Part shown: in pieces, positions 63,021 to 64,000 of the stretch
Numbering within the stretch: position 1 is the stretch's first letter
Layout: each line of letters opens with the position of its first letter
Assembly (NCBI GenBank): GCA_963737635.1
Contig: CAVTTL010000001.1
Span: 2,048,001 to 2,112,000 of the forward strand
DNA: 64,000 nt
DNA from: an uncultured Methanoregulaceae archaeon
GTDB taxonomy: Archaea > Halobacteriota > Methanomicrobia > Methanomicrobiales > Methanospirillaceae
Direction: 5' to 3'
Notes under the pieces: generated by a model
What the model was told of the DNA's origin: nothing
Database searches by the model: none
The model's input: only the letters and a program-made list of their open reading frames with translations
Position numbers and translations under genes: made by a program

Positions 63021-63250
63021 GCCTCGCGCTCCTTACCGGGTCCCTGTGCGTTACGGCAGTACTCTGGAGTTTACACCTGCCGTTCTTCTTCCTTTTCCTC
63101 TGTATCCCGCTCTTCCCGTTTCTCGGGAAGCGCGAGGTCAAACGGTGCCCGATGTGCGGATGGGAAACCACAGGCAGCGAGAACTTCTGCCCCGCTGACG
63201 GGACTGCCTTGTCCGGCCCGGGAGGCAAGGGAGGACAGGGAAATCGCTGA
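63002..63250 (+). CDS. Small 2-TM protein with C-terminal zinc ribbon; no ATG, apparent ACG start
   Basis: SD GGAGGTG at 62990, ACG at 63002; hydrophobic helices then CPMCG..FCPADG. Confidence 0.55.
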   Translation, partial: TEAWKLSLALLTGSLCVTAVLWSLHLPFFFLFLCIPLFPFLGKREVKRCPMCGWETTGSENFCPADGTALSGPGGKGGQGNR

Positions 63251-63694
63251 GATCGGGATCCTGATGCCAAAGAGTTCAGTGGAAGGCACCGCACGGGCAT
63301 GGTCCCGGACGTACTGCCGGCAGCTCGTCCGGTCTACGATGATATCTACCGCATCCAGCCATGCCGCTGTGCGGTTCACCGGCATCATGGTCGCCAGCGC
63401 CAGGCAGAGATCGACCACCGGTGATCCCATCCGGGTGCCCGGGTAGAACGGCTCGTCGGCGTTGACGATTCTTCCGCACTGGTGGCAGGAAAACCTTTTC
63501 ACTGCCACCCGGAGAGTACGCTCCTGGTCCTTCTCGCGGATAACGGCAAACACTCTTTTCCGGGTGTCGTATCCTGACACCAGCCCCCCGCAGAAGGGGC
63601 AGGCGGCAAGCTCGGTAAAGGAGATCCCATCGACCGAGAGAAACCCGGCCTGGACGATCATGGCAAGCATCGGCGGGATGCGGGGAGCCTTCAT
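63071..63694 (-). CDS. Hypothetical zinc-ribbon protein
   Basis: CPFCGG..YDTRKR..VKRFSCHQCGR..FYPG; start uncertain. Confidence 0.65.
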   Translation of the reverse strand: MKAPRIPPMLAMIVQAGFLSVDGISFTELAACPFCGGLVSGYDTRKRVFAVIREKDQERTLRVAVKRFSCHQCGRIVNADEPFYPGTRMGSPVVDLCLALATMMPVNRTAAWLDAVDIIVDRTSCRQYVRDHARAVPSTELFGIRIPISAISLSSLASRAGQGSPVSGAEVLAACGFPSAHRAPFDLALPEKREERDTEEKEEERQV

Positions 63695-63848
63695 AACCGC
63701 ACCCGCGTGTCCGATACAAAACCGGGATATCTGAGCCAGTTCCGCCGGGCAGCCCAACCCGTAACCCACAAATAATCATCATATTTTTGTTCATTTTGAT
63801 CACTCTTAAATACTCCGGTGACAGACCTTTTTTATTCGAGGTTAGAAC

Positions 63849-64000
63849 ATGGATTTCAAATACGTACCAAGCACCTGTCCCTACTGTGGCAACGGGTGCG
63901 GTGTCAACCTTGTCGTGCGAGACGGCAAGTTTGTCGGGATCTCCCCGTGGCACCGCAACCCGGTCAACGAGGGTAAGGTCTGTATCCGCGGTAACAAGCC
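63849..64000 (+). CDS. fdhA: Formate dehydrogenase alpha subunit, 3'-partial
   Basis: [29 protein letters not shown] molybdopterin Fe-S motif; SD GAGGT at 63838. Confidence 0.85.
   Translation, partial: MDFKYVPSTCPYCGNGCGVNLVVRDGKFVGISPWHRNPVNEGKVCIRGNK

Overview
Archaeal chromosome segment from a hydrogenotrophic methanogen, most likely Methanomicrobiales (Methanoregula-like). This is inferred from methanogenesis marker 9, hypCAE, mfnD/mfnF, Alba, TBP, TFS, PCNA, PriL, rps17e, archaeosortase A and the start of fdhA. The window is mostly dense housekeeping DNA: cofactor, lysine and cobalamin synthesis, cdrS-ftsZ, a modABC-type ABC transporter, kdp K+ uptake and acetate activation. It has one tRNA-Ser(TGA); I found no CRISPR array, rRNA or intact IS. 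Nine single-base frameshifts interrupt eight otherwise intact genes, including the essential PCNA and PriL, and look like long-read consensus errors. Two further genes (an HD-domain protein and a membrane protein) are heavily decayed pseudogenes missed by the ORF track. Most notable: (1) a small regulon at 2.3-4.8 kb, with an uncharacterised HTH/Cys-cluster regulator coupled to a GWCP-motif membrane protein and the same GTCAAC-N8-GTTGAC operator at identical TATA/ATG geometry in front of two transcription units, one of which begins with a relic of a regulator paralog; (2) a ~300-nt structured leader before the COG1340 coiled-coil gene; (3) a KdpC-KdpA fusion followed by a KdpD lacking its kinase domains, with no kdpE in the window; (4) a 1136-aa receiver/coiled-coil protein with exact 63-aa repeats. 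All family assignments come from motif recognition, not database searches.
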